Assembly (NCBI GenBank): GCA_020724905.1
Contig: DYGB01000001.1
Location: 1,866-65,865 of the forward strand
DNA from: Candidatus Paceibacter sp.
Lineage (GTDB): Bacteria > Patescibacteriota > Minisyncoccia > UBA6257 > JAGOQP01
Direction of reading: 5' to 3'
DNA length: 64,000 bases
Shown here: positions 18,346 through 29,274 of the stretch, piece by piece
How the letters are laid out: each line of letters opens with the position of its first letter
Numbering within the stretch: the first letter of the stretch is position 1
Notes under the pieces: generated by a model
What the model was told of the DNA's origin: nothing
Seen by the model: the letters and a program-made list of their open reading frames with translations, nothing else
Database searches by the model: none
Translations under genes and position numbers: made by a program

Positions 18346-18879
18346 CTATTTAAAATACACATACCCATTAAATGATAATCGCATCACATCACTCCGTTCT
18401 TGATTCCTCATATCAAGAGAATCAATACGAATAGAAAAGAACTGTTCTTCAAGATGTTTCATAAATGAAATAAGTTGAGAGGGTCGTCCCTCAGCAGTAG
18501 CAGAAAACGCAATTAAGTTAAGCCCTCCTCCTGCGCCAGGTTCTTCATTTCCAAATGAAAAGGTGAACACAACATCATCACCAGCAGCAACTTCCTTAAG
18601 TCTATTATTGTATTCAACTAAATCATCTTTACTAGGAACAAGAAGAAATACATCATCTTTGTACAAACGAGCTTGATCCCATTGCTTTTTAAGAATAGAA
18701 AGTCCTTCGGTTGATTGAATCAACAACGATCGTTGTGATTGAAGCGTTGCAATAGATTCAGCCTCCTTGTTAATATTCGCTCGAAAAAGAATGAAGAACG
18801 TAACAAAAATAATAATCACAACACCAAGAATAATTAATTCTCGTGTGAGTGCCTTTTTATAGTCAGTGCGAATAATCAT
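18346..18879 (-). CDS. Membrane-anchored protein, hypothetical (weakly PilO/PilN-like topology).
   Basis: An N-terminal TM helix is followed by a coiled-coil-like segment and an alpha/beta region. No motif could be assigned. Confidence 0.3.
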   Translation of the reverse strand: MIIRTDYKKALTRELIILGVVIIIFVTFFILFRANINKEAESIATLQSQRSLLIQSTEGLSILKKQWDQARLYKDDVFLLVPSKDDLVEYNNRLKEVAAGDDVVFTFSFGNEEPGAGGGLNLIAFSATAEGRPSQLISFMKHLEEQFFSIRIDSLDMRNQERSDVMRLSFNGYVYFK

Positions 18880-18939
18880 AACAAAGAGTGGAAATCAATA
18901 TAGAAATGATACACAATAACAGTATACCGCAAAAGAGCT

Positions 18940-19590
18940 ATGCAACTCAATTACACAACACATATTTCTCCTCCACTCTCACATATCCCTCATCCCCCAA
19001 CGCAGCTCTACATACAGGGAACCTACACGCCAACACCCTATGGTGTTGCAGTGGTAGGAACTAGAAACCCTCTTATCTCATCAGAGCAAGAAGCATTTCT
19101 CTTCTCCTATATCTGTGCACAACAGGGCATTACCATTATTAGTGGTCTTGCCTACGGTATCGACGCCGCAGCACACACAGGAGCACTTGCAGCAAAAAAG
19201 CCAACATGGGCAGTTTGTGCTCATGGACTTAATCGCATCTACCCAAAAACACATACTCCCCTTGCCCATGCTATCCTTGAAGGAGGTGGAGCACTGATAT
19301 CAGAATACACACCACATACACCCCCTCTCCCAAAACAGTTTCTCCAGCGAAATAGAATTATTAGTGGTCTTGCAAGTGCTGTTGTTATTATAGAAGCTCC
19401 TCGACGATCAGGAACACTTAATACTGCTCGTCACGCTCTCGAACAAGGACGAGACGTATATGTATTTTCTCCTCTACAAGAACACAAAGAACGCTTCCAA
19501 GGGTCAGCTGACCTTATCGCTGATGGAGCAATTCCTATACGAAGCGCTCAAGACTTTTTATCCCTTCATACCTTCTATCCGTTGACATAA
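18940..19590 (+). CDS. dprA: DNA processing protein DprA/Smf (Rossmann core only).
   Basis: VAVVGTRNP...ISGLAYGIDAAAH...IEAPRRSGTLNTARHALEQGRDVYVF. Confidence 0.8.
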   Translation: MQLNYTTHISPPLSHIPHPPTQLYIQGTYTPTPYGVAVVGTRNPLISSEQEAFLFSYICAQQGITIISGLAYGIDAAAHTGALAAKKPTWAVCAHGLNRIYPKTHTPLAHAILEGGGALISEYTPHTPPLPKQFLQRNRIISGLASAVVIIEAPRRSGTLNTARHALEQGRDVYVFSPLQEHKERFQGSADLIADGAIPIRSAQDFLSLHTFYPLT

Positions 19591-19624
19591 CACAAAAAAC
19601 GCATACACTCAGTGCAATAGACCT

Positions 19625-21817
19625 ATGAAATTACTTATCGTAGAATCCCCAACAAAAGCAAAGACCATAGCACGCTTTATCCCCGATAAAGACCTGAAAG
19701 TTGAAGCAAGTGTGGGGCATATTCGTGATATTCCAAAATCAAACAAAGACGCTATTGATATAGATAATGGCTTTACTCCCCGATACATCATCCCAGAAGA
19801 GAAGAAAAAAGTTGTTGCGCTGTTAAAAAAACAGATTCAAAAAGCTGATAGTGTCTATCTTGCAACTGACCCTGATAGAGAGGGAGAAGCTATCGCATGG
19901 CACATACAAGAAGTCTGTGATATCAAAAACCCTCAACGTGTGGTATTTCATGAAATTACCAAAGAAGCAGTATCAGAAGCACTGGCTCACCCTAGAGAGA
20001 TAGACATGAATCTCAAAAAAGCCCAAGAAGCACGACGTGTACTTGATAGGCTCTTTGGGTATGACCTCAGTGGACTAATCTGGAAAAAAGTACGCTATGG
20101 ACTTTCAGCAGGACGCGTACAATCTCCTGCACTACGTATTATTGTAGAAAAAGAAAAAGAGATACGAGCATTTAATCCAGAAACGTATTGGATTATCGAT
20201 GCTCTTTTTAACACAAAGAAAAAAGAAACACTTCCTGCTACATACGAAAAAACTCTCACAGACGAGAAGGAAAAAGATGAGATCCTTAAACGAATCCCTT
20301 CCGCTTCATGGCACATTGCTGGTATTGAAGAAACACAAGCAACACGAAAACCACGAGCTCCCTTTACCACCTCAACCCTACAACAAAGCGCTTCTTCATT
20401 TTTAGGATACTCCCCAAGTATCACGATGCGACTTGCTCAAAAACTCTATGAAGCAGGACATATCACCTACATGAGAACTGATAGTATCTCTCTGAGTAGT
20501 CAGGCAATTGGGCAGATGGCATCTGTAATAGAAAAGACGTATGGAAAAAACTATCTTGAAGTGCGACATTACAAGACAAAATCAAAAAATGCTCAAGAAG
20601 CTCATGAAGCAATCCGCCCTACCAATAGTGCTATCCCTTCAGCAGGAGCAACTCCTCAAGAAAAAAAGCTCTATGATCTTATACGAACACGAGCTCTCAC
20701 CTCTCAAATGAAAGATGCTCAAATAGAAAAGAAAAAGATTCTCATTACAGATGAAACAGAAACAGATACTTTTGTGAGTAATGGATCTCATATTATCTTT
20801 GATGGATGGCTCAAAGCAGACATCAGAGCAAAGCAAGAAGATGTATTACTTCCTCCATTAGAAAAAGGACAACCCCTTACCCTCGTCTCACATGAGAGCC
20901 AAGAAAAACAAACAGAACCACCACGACGATATTCAGAAGCAGGAATCATTAAAGAACTTGAAAAACGAGGTATTGGACGACCAAGTACCTACGCTACTAT
21001 TATCCAAACACTTCAAAAGAGAGGGTACGTGATAAAAGAGAAACGTTCCCTTATCCCAACAGATACTGGAGAGGTAGTAAGTAATTTTCTCTCACAACAT
21101 TTCTCAACCTATATCAGCGACTCATTTACCGCAGAGATGGAAGATGAACTTGATGAGATTGCACAAGGAGAACGCACCTATAAAAAAACTCTCTCAGATT
21201 TCTATACCTCATTCAAACAAGAGGTTGATAAAAAACAAGATATAGAAAAGCTCACTACGCTTGGGAAAGCTCCTGACACCATAGTCTGCCCTCTTTGTGG
21301 ATCAGGGATGGTACAAAAACTAGGACGAGGGGGAGTATTCCTCAGTTGTGATAGATTTCCAGAATGTCATGGATCACGAACAAAAGATGGAAAAGAAATA
21401 CAACCACCGAAGGATACCGGAAAAACATGTCCACACTGCGAAAAAGGAACATTAGTTGAAAAAGAAGGAAAGTATGGAAAATTCACTGCCTGTAGTAAGT
21501 ATCCAAAATGTACCTATATAGAGAAAAACGAAAAGCAAGAAAAAGAATATCTTGAAAAATATTCAACAGGAATTACCTGCCCTGTCTGTAAAAAAGGTCA
21601 AATGGTTGAAAGAAAAGGACGGTATGGAACATTTTACAGCTGTTCACAATATCCTTCTTGTACCTACACGACAAAAGCAAAGCCTCTTGATAAGATATGT
21701 GGATACACACGAGAAGATGGAACGACATGCCAAGCACTTATGATGGAAGGAACAAAAACAATTCCCCAGCGATGTAGTGATAAGACATGTCCAAACCATA
21801 ACCCTCATAAACTCTAA
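19625..21817 (+). CDS. topA: DNA topoisomerase I with C-terminal zinc-ribbon repeats.
   Basis: The TOPRIM N-terminus (KLLIVESPTKAKTI...DPDREGEAIAWH) and three C4 zinc-ribbon motifs near the C-terminus. Confidence 0.9.
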   Translation: MKLLIVESPTKAKTIARFIPDKDLKVEASVGHIRDIPKSNKDAIDIDNGFTPRYIIPEEKKKVVALLKKQIQKADSVYLATDPDREGEAIAWHIQEVCDIKNPQRVVFHEITKEAVSEALAHPREIDMNLKKAQEARRVLDRLFGYDLSGLIWKKVRYGLSAGRVQSPALRIIVEKEKEIRAFNPETYWIIDALFNTKKKETLPATYEKTLTDEKEKDEILKRIPSASWHIAGIEETQATRKPRAPFTTSTLQQSASSFLGYSPSITMRLAQKLYEAGHITYMRTDSISLSSQAIGQMASVIEKTYGKNYLEVRHYKTKSKNAQEAHEAIRPTNSAIPSAGATPQEKKLYDLIRTRALTSQMKDAQIEKKKILITDETETDTFVSNGSHIIFDGWLKADIRAKQEDVLLPPLEKGQPLTLVSHESQEKQTEPPRRYSEAGIIKELEKRGIGRPSTYATIIQTLQKRGYVIKEKRSLIPTDTGEVVSNFLSQHFSTYISDSFTAEMEDELDEIAQGERTYKKTLSDFYTSFKQEVDKKQDIEKLTTLGKAPDTIVCPLCGSGMVQKLGRGGVFLSCDRFPECHGSRTKDGKEIQPPKDTGKTCPHCEKGTLVEKEGKYGKFTACSKYPKCTYIEKNEKQEKEYLEKYSTGITCPVCKKGQMVERKGRYGTFYSCSQYPSCTYTTKAKPLDKICGYTREDGTTCQALMMEGTKTIPQRCSDKTCPNHNPHKL

Positions 21818-21823
21818 CCATCT

Positions 21824-23524
21824 ATGTCTCTCTCACAAATTCTTGAAACATATCGAACATGGTTTCCTGATGATGCTGATGGCATTGTCCTTATCCAACA
21901 AGCATACCTGTACGCAGAAAAAATACACAAAGGACAAGAACGAGCAAGTGGAGAGGCATACATTACTCACCTCGCACACACAGCCCTGCAACTTGCACAG
22001 TGGAGACTTGATGCGCAAACAATTGCAGCAGGACTTCTCCATGACAGTATTGAGGACAAGCAAATTGCAACAGGAGAAATAGAAAAACGTTTTGGAAAAG
22101 ACGTCCTGTTCCTCATCGAAGGAGTAACAAAACTTTCAAAAATAAAATATAGAGGACAGGAACGAAGTCTTGAGTCCCTGAGGAAAATGATTCTTGCTAT
22201 CAGTAAAGATCTCCGTGTTATTTTTATTAAACTCGCTGATCGTCTTCATAATATGAAGACTCTTGATCACCTTCCCCCTCCAAAACAAAAACGTATTGCA
22301 CTTGAAACAGATGAGGTATACGCACCTCTTGCTTCACGACTCGGTATGCAACATGTATCAGGAGATCTTGAGGACCTTGCGTTCCCCTATCTCTATCCTG
22401 ATAAATACGAATGGATAAAAGAACATGTACAGGAAACCTACGATGCACGAAACAGATATCTTGAATACGTAAAGCCACTTGTTGAAAAACAACTTAAAAA
22501 GATAGGAGTTATTCCCCTCCGTATTGATTATCGAGCAAAACGAATCTCAAGCTTGTATAAAAAACTTCTCAGATATGAAATGAACCTTGAACACATTCAT
22601 GATCTTGTTGCGATGAGAATCATCGTAAAAACAATTGATGATTGTTACCTTGTTCTAGGAGCAATACACCAACTTTGGAGACCACTTCCAGGAAGAATAA
22701 AAGACTATATTGCACTTCCAAAACCAAATGGATACAGAAGTCTTCATACGACCGTATTTTGTTTAGAAAATAGACCAACAGAATTTCAAATACGCACACA
22801 GGAAATGCACGATGAAGCTGAACACGGAGCTGCTGCTCACTGGTTCTATGAATCACACAGAGGCACAAAACAACATAAAAAAGGAATCGGAACAGCAACA
22901 CAACAACACGAAAGCTCTATTGTAAAACAACTAAAAGAATGGCAAGAAGAATTCCCAGGAACAAAAGAATTTGTTGAAGCATTAAAAGTTGATGTGTTCT
23001 CAGATCGCATCTTCGTTCTCACTCCCCAAGGAGAGGTTATCGATCTTCCTCGAGAAGCAACCCCTATCGACTTTGCATACCACATACACAGTGAGGTTGG
23101 AAACTCTTGTATTGGAGCAAAGGTAAATAATAAGATTGTCCCACTCGACTACCAACTTCAATCAGGAGACTATGTAGAAATACTCACTCAGAAAGGAAAA
23201 AAACCATCATCATCATGGCTTGATACCGTACGAACAAATTATGCACGAAAAAAAATACGCCTCTCTCTTAAAAAGAAAATGCTTATCCCTAAAAAAACTG
23301 AATTTAGAATTACCTGTGAATCTCGAGTTGGAATGATAAAAGATATCTCCTCAATATTTTCACGAAACAAAATATCAATAACAAGTCTTCAAACTATTGA
23401 AAATGAAAAGTATCCTCTCATAAAAGCATTGGTTGATGTTGATAACAGAACACGAGCAGAACAAATTCTTCTCAAACTCAAAAAGATAGAGGGAGTAAAA
23501 GAGATATCATACAAACTTATATAA
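21824..23524 (+). CDS. rel: Bifunctional (p)ppGpp synthetase/hydrolase (HD, RelA_SpoT, TGS, ACT).
   Basis: The HD motif (HLAHTA...LLHDSIEDK), the synthetase region (RSLHTTV) and TGS/ACT-like C-terminal segments. Confidence 0.85.
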   Translation: MSLSQILETYRTWFPDDADGIVLIQQAYLYAEKIHKGQERASGEAYITHLAHTALQLAQWRLDAQTIAAGLLHDSIEDKQIATGEIEKRFGKDVLFLIEGVTKLSKIKYRGQERSLESLRKMILAISKDLRVIFIKLADRLHNMKTLDHLPPPKQKRIALETDEVYAPLASRLGMQHVSGDLEDLAFPYLYPDKYEWIKEHVQETYDARNRYLEYVKPLVEKQLKKIGVIPLRIDYRAKRISSLYKKLLRYEMNLEHIHDLVAMRIIVKTIDDCYLVLGAIHQLWRPLPGRIKDYIALPKPNGYRSLHTTVFCLENRPTEFQIRTQEMHDEAEHGAAAHWFYESHRGTKQHKKGIGTATQQHESSIVKQLKEWQEEFPGTKEFVEALKVDVFSDRIFVLTPQGEVIDLPREATPIDFAYHIHSEVGNSCIGAKVNNKIVPLDYQLQSGDYVEILTQKGKKPSSSWLDTVRTNYARKKIRLSLKKKMLIPKKTEFRITCESRVGMIKDISSIFSRNKISITSLQTIENEKYPLIKALVDVDNRTRAEQILLKLKKIEGVKEISYKLI

Positions 23525-23543
23525 ATGTTGTATACTATATACT

Positions 23544-24077
23544 ATGGAGAATGAGAAAAAGAGTATATTATCTTGGTTTAAACTCTTTAAAGAAAAAGGA
23601 GAAAGTGTAGATATTATTGCTTTTATAGCAGGAATTTTTTTCTTTTTCCTTGGAATTAATTTTATAATAAATACCTCAGGAATCATTACTCCTCTTTTAT
23701 TTTTTTCGATAGGATATATGTTTATCAGAGCAGTAAATATTAGAATTCACAGAGATAAAGAAAAGAAAGTAGAAGAGAAAATTCCTGAAATTAAAAAGAG
23801 GTCTTCCTTCACCTTATCAAAGAAACAAGTTGTTCTTGTAATTGTCTTATTACTTGTCAATGTAGTACTAATAGTATTAGAAGCAGGATTATTTACTCCC
23901 CTTATAGTACAGTTACCATTATTAGCACTTGCATTCCCTATCGCATTAGGAGAGATAATAACAGAAACTCCATCCAGGGGATATTTCTATTTCTCTCTGA
24001 TACTCCTTTCTCTATTACTTTTTATTTCACTAAGCATACTTTTATTTTTACTTATAAATGACATTCAATTTCTTTAA
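23544..24077 (+). CDS. Polytopic membrane protein, hypothetical (AT-rich gene).
   Basis: Several hydrophobic helices. No motif could be assigned. Confidence 0.4.
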   Translation: MENEKKSILSWFKLFKEKGESVDIIAFIAGIFFFFLGINFIINTSGIITPLLFFSIGYMFIRAVNIRIHRDKEKKVEEKIPEIKKRSSFTLSKKQVVLVIVLLLVNVVLIVLEAGLFTPLIVQLPLLALAFPIALGEIITETPSRGYFYFSLILLSLLLFISLSILLFLLINDIQFL

Positions 24078-24414
24078 AAACTTCTATAAAGGAAGAATAA
24101 GTTCAACACAATATCTAAAAGCACGTTTTCTGCTAATGATATTGCTCATCATTATAATAATACTAGGTATCGTACTTGGACAAAAAGATGGCAGAATTGC
24201 CGTGGGAATGATAGTTGCCGGAATGGTTCTTTTTATTATATTCGATCAATCTATTTCTGTACGAAGACAACACGATTTAGGAAAAAATGGTAGGAATAAT
24301 ATATTTTTATTTTCCTTCCTGAATAATCTAGAAGATGGGGTGGATGCTGAAAATGAATATGGACCCCCTCCGAAAAAGAGAAACGTATTTAAAGTTATAT
24401 TAAATAAGGATTAG
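24058..24414 (+). CDS. DUF805-like small membrane protein.
   Basis: FYKGRISSTQYLKARFLLMIL... and ...VRRQHDLGKNG match the DUF805 pattern. Confidence 0.45.
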   Translation: MTFNFFKNFYKGRISSTQYLKARFLLMILLIIIIILGIVLGQKDGRIAVGMIVAGMVLFIIFDQSISVRRQHDLGKNGRNNIFLFSFLNNLEDGVDAENEYGPPPKKRNVFKVILNKD

Positions 24415-25644
24415 CTATTCTGATATATGAACCAAACGTTCATACTTTACACTCCTTTCAGGACGAACAGGAGCGCCTGCTTTTATTCCCCAAGCACCAA
24501 TTCCCACTGCAAGGTCTGAAATAAAGGTATCAAGTGTCTCTCCACTTCGATGTGAGGCAACTGCTCTCATTCCATGGGCATACATATATGAAACAACCTC
24601 AAGCACTTCAGTTATCGTCCCTACCTGATTTGGCTTAACGATACATGCATTCACCGCCCCCTGCTTGGATGCCTCTGCTACACGAGGTAATTGTGTCACT
24701 GTTAAATCATCTCCAACAATTAAAAGATCTTCGCTTTTTACCTTTTCAAACAGTTCTGAGAATGAAGCAAAGTCATCTTCATGAAATGGGTCTTCAAGAA
24801 AGAGAAGTGGATAGGTATCGATGATGTGTACATATTCAGATAATAATTCCTCCTTTGATATCTCTTTTCCCTGATACAGATACATACCATCTTTGTAAAA
24901 TTCACTTGCTGCAGCATCAATCCCTATCCCACAAGGATAGTGATATTTCTCAATAAGGTCAGAGAAGATATCAAGTACCATATGAGGAGAATCAAATGGA
25001 GCAGAAAATCCAGCCTCATCTCCCATGGCAATATTTGCATCATCAAAATATGAAGACAACTTTCTTCCTAACTTTGAATACAGCTCCTGGATAAGCCCAA
25101 GCCCAACAGCGACATCGTCAACAAGAGGAATAACATGAAACTCCTGAAATGAAAGTGGAGATACATGAAATTGAGATCTCCATGCAGAAGAAAATGATCC
25201 ATGAGCACCTCCATTTACCAAATTAGCAACAAGATAGGGAGACTTCTTTTGAGCAGAAGGAACGCGAGAAAGAAATTCTTGATGTATATAGTCATACACT
25301 TCCTGTTTTCTTTCCCGTGACATAAGGCGAGCAAACGCAATAGAGAGAGCAAGCATCGTATTAGCCCCAAGCACATGTTTGTCCTCACTCCCATCCCATT
25401 GAGAAAGAAACATGTCAAAATCTTTCTGGGAAGAAAAATCCTCTTGGTACAACTCTTTATGTATTCGATCAAATGATCGTAATGCCTCCTGAAATGGAAG
25501 TGCAACCGCTTCATGAGAACCAGTACTCTTCCCATGAGGAACACTCGCTTTCACAGAAAATCTTCCTGAAGTAAGGACAACTTCAAGTGTTTGTTCCTTT
25601 CGAGAATCAAGAAGTGGACGAAGTTGAGCTGTATGAATATACAT
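24415..25644 (-). CDS. eno: Enolase.
   Basis: SHRSGETLDTFISDLAVG and IKPNQVGT. Confidence 0.85.
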   Translation of the reverse strand: MYIHTAQLRPLLDSRKEQTLEVVLTSGRFSVKASVPHGKSTGSHEAVALPFQEALRSFDRIHKELYQEDFSSQKDFDMFLSQWDGSEDKHVLGANTMLALSIAFARLMSRERKQEVYDYIHQEFLSRVPSAQKKSPYLVANLVNGGAHGSFSSAWRSQFHVSPLSFQEFHVIPLVDDVAVGLGLIQELYSKLGRKLSSYFDDANIAMGDEAGFSAPFDSPHMVLDIFSDLIEKYHYPCGIGIDAAASEFYKDGMYLYQGKEISKEELLSEYVHIIDTYPLLFLEDPFHEDDFASFSELFEKVKSEDLLIVGDDLTVTQLPRVAEASKQGAVNACIVKPNQVGTITEVLEVVSYMYAHGMRAVASHRSGETLDTFISDLAVGIGAWGIKAGAPVRPERSVKYERLVHISE

Positions 25645-25645
25645 A

Positions 25646-28120
25646 CTATGATTTCCTCTTTTTCTTTTTTGCTGACTGGAGATAAGAACGCGTCTTCATA
25701 ACTACATCAGGATTGAGGGACATACTCTCAATTCCCTCATCAACAAGAAACTTGGCAAACGAAGGGATATCAGAGGGAGCTTGTCCACAAATACCAATAT
25801 ACTTCCCTCTCTTCTTGCACACTTGAATAACAGAAGAAACACTTTTCTTAACGGACGGATCAGTTTCATGTGCAATCGTTCGTACTGCACCATGTCCATC
25901 ACGATCAATCCCCAACACAAGCTGGGTAAGGTCATTGGACCCAATGCTCATTCCATCAAATACATCAAGGAATGCATCAGCCTCAATCACATTAGAAGGA
26001 ATCTCACACATCACATATACTTTCAATCCTTTTGAAAGAAGGCCTTTTGATTGGATCAATTTTTTAACTTTTCTTCCTTCTTGAGGAGTACGGCAAAATG
26101 GAACCATCACATGCAGGTTATCAAATCCCATAGCAATACGAACCTTCTCTATTGCATCAAGCTCAAGCATAAATGCATCCTGAAAATCAGGGTGATAGTA
26201 TCGAGAAGCACCTCTCCATCCAAGCATAGGATTTTCTTCTTGTGGCTCAAAGAGTTCTCCTCCAATTAAATTACGATACTCATTTGTTTTAAAATCAGAA
26301 AACCGAACAATAACTTCTTTTGGATAAAATGCTGCAGCAATACGTGCAATACCGTAGGAAAGTCTATCAACATAAAAATCTGTTGGCTTTTCATCCCCAA
26401 TATACGCATCAATACTACGAAGAATTTTCTCTAGTATTTCTTTGCGAGAAGATGATGCTTTTGAAAGTTTCTCATATTCTTTTTTAAGTTCTTTGTAGCG
26501 AACAAGTGCCATAGGATGAATACCGATATCAGAAGCAATAATAAATTCTTCTCGAGCAAGTCCAACACCATCGTTAGGGATAAATGATTTTTCAAATGCG
26601 CTCTGTGGAGTAGCAATATTCATCATAATCTTTACCGGAAGTTTTGCTCCCTCTTTTACTTTCTGACGAGACACGGAAAAAGGAACACGTCCTGCAAGCA
26701 CAACCCCATCACTCCCTGTACTATCAACAGTCACAACATCTCCTGTGTGAATATTTCGAGTAGCAGTTTCTGTTCCTACAATACAGGGAATACCAAGTTC
26801 TCGAGATACGATAGCAGCATGAGATGTTCTCCCTCCTTTATCAGTTACGATAGCTCCTGCTCGTTTCATAATAGGTTCCCAATCAGGATCAGTCATATCA
26901 GTAACCAAAATCTCACCATCTTGAAAAAGATGCATATCTTTTGCATCAAGAATAACACGTGCTTTCCCACTCACAATATAACTCCCTACCGATGCTCCTT
27001 TTACAACAAGCGGAGCATCCCCTTCTCGTGTATAGGTAATGATAGTAGAAAAATCTTTTTGAGATTGTACAGTCTCAGGACGAGCCTGGACAATATAGAG
27101 CTTTCCATCGTTCCCATCTTTTGCCCATTCAATATCCATAGGAGTCCAGGTCCCCCGTCGCTTAGTATAATGATTTTCAATCGTAACAGCAGCTCGTGCT
27201 AACTCAAGTACTTCTGTATCAGAAAGTGTATAGGTACGTCTCTTTTTTTCTTCAACTGTTTCAATACGAGTAGGTTTCTTGTGTTTCTCTCCATACACCA
27301 TACGACGTTCTTTTTTTCCAAGTGATTTATGAATAATAGGAGAAACACCTTTCTTTTCTAAAAATGGTTTAAATACAATATATTCATCAGGGATTACCTC
27401 TCCTTGCACAATCATTTCCCCTAGTCCCCATGCACCATTAATAAGAACAATATCAGGAAATCCACTTTCTGTATCAATGCTAAAAAGAACCCCAGAAGAA
27501 GCCCTATCAGATCGAACCATTTTCTGCACCCCTACTGAAAGCGCAACAGAAAAATGATCAAATCCTTTATCCTGTCTGTATGAGATTGCTCTATCGGTAA
27601 ATAAGGAAGCAAAACAATTTCTCACTGCTTTGATAAGTGCTTCTTCTCCTCGAATATTAAGATAGGTTTCTTGTTGCCCTGCAAATGATGCATCAGGAAG
27701 ATCTTCAGCAGTCGCTGAAGAACGAACCGCAACATCAACCCCTTTCCCATGAAGTTTTTCTAGTTTTTTATACGCATCAGCAATATCAGCAACAATATCT
27801 TCGGGCATATGTGCTCGTTTTATTGCACGACGAACAGCAAGTCCCTTTCTTTTCAAACTTGCAATATTACGAGTGTTCACAGACGCCAATGTTTTTTTAA
27901 TGAAATCACGGAGTGACATCTTCCCCGTTAAGGTAGTAACAATACTTGAGTCAAGAATATGCCAATACGCATCGGCACTCACTGCAAACCCTCCAGGAAC
28001 ACGCACCCCTTCACCCTTTAACGCTGAGATCATTTCTCCTAGTGACGCATTCTTTCCTCCAACACGAGGAATGTCATCAAAAGAAAGATCAGAAAATGGA
28101 ATAACATACTGTTTTTTCAT
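25646..28120 (-). CDS. ppsA: PEP synthase-like pyruvate, water dikinase (PEP-utilizing enzyme family; PPDK not excluded).
   Basis: An ATP-grasp N-terminus, the phosphohistidine domain GGRTSHAAIVSRELGIPCIVG and a C-terminal PEP-utilizers TIM barrel. Confidence 0.8.
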   Translation of the reverse strand: MKKQYVIPFSDLSFDDIPRVGGKNASLGEMISALKGEGVRVPGGFAVSADAYWHILDSSIVTTLTGKMSLRDFIKKTLASVNTRNIASLKRKGLAVRRAIKRAHMPEDIVADIADAYKKLEKLHGKGVDVAVRSSATAEDLPDASFAGQQETYLNIRGEEALIKAVRNCFASLFTDRAISYRQDKGFDHFSVALSVGVQKMVRSDRASSGVLFSIDTESGFPDIVLINGAWGLGEMIVQGEVIPDEYIVFKPFLEKKGVSPIIHKSLGKKERRMVYGEKHKKPTRIETVEEKKRRTYTLSDTEVLELARAAVTIENHYTKRRGTWTPMDIEWAKDGNDGKLYIVQARPETVQSQKDFSTIITYTREGDAPLVVKGASVGSYIVSGKARVILDAKDMHLFQDGEILVTDMTDPDWEPIMKRAGAIVTDKGGRTSHAAIVSRELGIPCIVGTETATRNIHTGDVVTVDSTGSDGVVLAGRVPFSVSRQKVKEGAKLPVKIMMNIATPQSAFEKSFIPNDGVGLAREEFIIASDIGIHPMALVRYKELKKEYEKLSKASSSRKEILEKILRSIDAYIGDEKPTDFYVDRLSYGIARIAAAFYPKEVIVRFSDFKTNEYRNLIGGELFEPQEENPMLGWRGASRYYHPDFQDAFMLELDAIEKVRIAMGFDNLHVMVPFCRTPQEGRKVKKLIQSKGLLSKGLKVYVMCEIPSNVIEADAFLDVFDGMSIGSNDLTQLVLGIDRDGHGAVRTIAHETDPSVKKSVSSVIQVCKKRGKYIGICGQAPSDIPSFAKFLVDEGIESMSLNPDVVMKTRSYLQSAKKKKRKS

Positions 28121-28151
28121 ACAGTATCATTGTAGCATATCTTCTCTTTTC

Positions 28152-29249
28152 TTATGAGCGTGCATCTATAATGCGAGCACCTCCAAGTAACTGTCCCTTT
28201 TTATTATAAAAAACACACGATTGTCCCTGAGCAGGAAATGTCTGGACAGGAGAAGAAAATACAACAGAAAGGCCCTCTCTGTTGACAAGTGTCGCTGCAA
28301 GTGAAGGCTGTCTATATCGAGTCTTCACATACACAGGAACTTCACCTTTTTTTGCAAGCTGATATTCTGTTTGCGTATCTAGTATATTGGAACTCCCCAA
28401 CACTATTTCTGAAGTGTACGTAGAAGTATGATCAAATGGTGCTACATACAATGTGTTAGTGGTATCATTCTTTGAAACAACATATAGTGGCCCTGGACGA
28501 TCATGGGTAAATCCATGCCTCTGTCCAATAGTATACAGATGTGTCCCTTCGTGTACCCCAATAGTTGCTCCTTTCTCATCAATAACAGAACCTTCTTTTG
28601 TACCAAGGTGTTCTTTAAGAAAATCTCGAAAGTTAAACTGTCCTAAAAAACATACTCCCTGAGAATCTTTTTTATCTGCGGTAGGGATAGCATTCTCACG
28701 AGCAATACGACGAATCTTTTCTTTTTTATACTTCCCTATCGGAAACAACAGAGAGGGAAGAACAGCTTTATTAATATCCCACAAAAAATATGTCTGATCT
28801 TTATTCTCATCTTTCCCCTGATAGATACGATGTGTATGACCCCAATGGGTAATACGTGCATAATGGCCAGAAGCGATATACTCAGCCCCTAGTGAAGCTA
28901 TCTGATCATAGAGAAGACCAAACTTAATCTCACGATTACACACAACATCAGGGTTAGGAGTTATTCCTTCCCGATATCCTGTAAGTAAATAATCAACAAC
29001 TCGTTTCTTGTATTCTTTCTCAAAATCAAATACATAAAATGGTATAGAAAGGGTACGAGCAACAGCAGCTGCATCACGTGCATCCCTATCCTGACACCCA
29101 TCAACATTGTATCCTCGTATAAATGCTCCAATAACAGAGTATCCTTTTTTCTTTAAAAGAAGAGCAGCTACAGAAGAATCTACTCCCCCAGAAAGAGCAA
29201 CTAAAACTTTAGGCTTAAGTGTGGTATATCTATTCCAAATACGATTCAT
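28152..29249 (-). CDS. mnmA: tRNA-specific 2-thiouridylase MnmA.
   Basis: VLVALSGGVDSSVAA PP-loop, with the remainder conserved. Confidence 0.85.
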   Translation of the reverse strand: MNRIWNRYTTLKPKVLVALSGGVDSSVAALLLKKKGYSVIGAFIRGYNVDGCQDRDARDAAAVARTLSIPFYVFDFEKEYKKRVVDYLLTGYREGITPNPDVVCNREIKFGLLYDQIASLGAEYIASGHYARITHWGHTHRIYQGKDENKDQTYFLWDINKAVLPSLLFPIGKYKKEKIRRIARENAIPTADKKDSQGVCFLGQFNFRDFLKEHLGTKEGSVIDEKGATIGVHEGTHLYTIGQRHGFTHDRPGPLYVVSKNDTTNTLYVAPFDHTSTYTSEIVLGSSNILDTQTEYQLAKKGEVPVYVKTRYRQPSLAATLVNREGLSVVFSSPVQTFPAQGQSCVFYNKKGQLLGGARIIDARS

Positions 29250-29274
29250 ATTAATCTTATACTAGATACTCGCA